43,506 nt of DNA from a virus (taxonomy: Duplodnaviria > Caudoviricetes): positions 1 through 43,506 of the IMG/VR virus record IMGVR_UViG_3300029818_000079, one strand, 5' to 3'. Position numbers and translations under genes: made by a program. The notes beneath the pieces are model-generated. The model did no database searches, was not told the DNA's origin, and was given only the letters and a program-made list of their open reading frames with translations. This document shows, in pieces, positions 43,024-43,506 of this stretch (the first letter of the stretch is position 1; the number at the start of each line of letters is the position of its first letter).

Positions 43024-43506
43024 TCACGCTGAGCGGGCGAACTGCCCGTGATGCTCGGCTGCGCCTTTGGCGTAGGCTGCTGCGGCCTCTTCCTTAGTAG
43101 CATAGCAGCCTAGGTGGATCCGCTTGCCGTCTACGGTGATCTGCGCCTTGAATCGGTTTGTCGCGGCATAGACTCCTTTCTGCCCTGTTGCCGAGTCTTT
43201 GCGCGTCTTCCTGTTTCGCAGGTTTTCGGCCGCCGAAGCCTGACGCAAGTTGCGGAACCGATTGTTGGTCTTGTCCATGTCGATGTGATCGATGCAAGCG
43301 CTTGGCATCTCTCCGTGGACGTACAGCCATGCCAGACGGTGAGCCTGATAGCTTACCCCGTCAAGTTTGATCTCGATGTAACCTGACTTCTTGACGCTGC
43401 CAGCCACTGAGCCGGCTTTTATGTGTTGGCGCTGCTCGTTCCAAGTAAAGATGCCGGTTACCTGGTTGTATTTGAGCCAGCGCTTCAGTCGTTCTTGAGT
43501 AATCAT
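43024..43506 (-). CDS. HNH homing endonuclease (HNH_3 + AP2-like)
   Basis: AHRLAWLY..IDHIDMDKTNNRFRNLR..KGV..IHLG. Confidence 0.9.
   Translation of the reverse strand: MITQERLKRWLKYNQVTGIFTWNEQRQHIKAGSVAGSVKKSGYIEIKLDGVSYQAHRLAWLYVHGEMPSACIDHIDMDKTNNRFRNLRQASAAENLRNRKTRKDSATGQKGVYAATNRFKAQITVDGKRIHLGCYATKEEAAAAYAKGAAEHHGQFARSA

Overview
The window is an essentially complete ~43.5 kb temperate lambdoid siphophage or prophage with an HK97/D3-like head. The GC-rich coding style and gene content suggest a Pseudomonas/Stutzerimonas host (inference). Gene order: tyrosine integrase and xis; a leftward early operon (HNH, adenine MTase, SSB, YqaJ exonuclease, ERF recombinase, many small ORFs); an immunity region with cI/cro, OL/OR operators and PL/PR promoters; antirepressor, replication initiator and DnaC-like loader; a nin-like region ending in a large calcineurin-like phosphoesterase (T5 A1-like) and Q; holin, HNHs, a D3-like cos candidate, terminase, head and tail genes with a G/GT frameshift, and a tailspike; endolysin and Rz/Rz1; and an att-like region carrying an ssrA (tmRNA)-like 3' end. 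The most notable observations are: the A1-like phosphoesterase in the ninI slot; HNH genes apparently inserted in frame into resident genes; a (GGAATCA)6 repeat between cI and OL; long structured non-coding segments in the PL transcript; two morons in the tail region; a nonsense-mutated early gene; and an HNH gene abutting the att core. All family calls come from motif recognition and synteny, with no database search.
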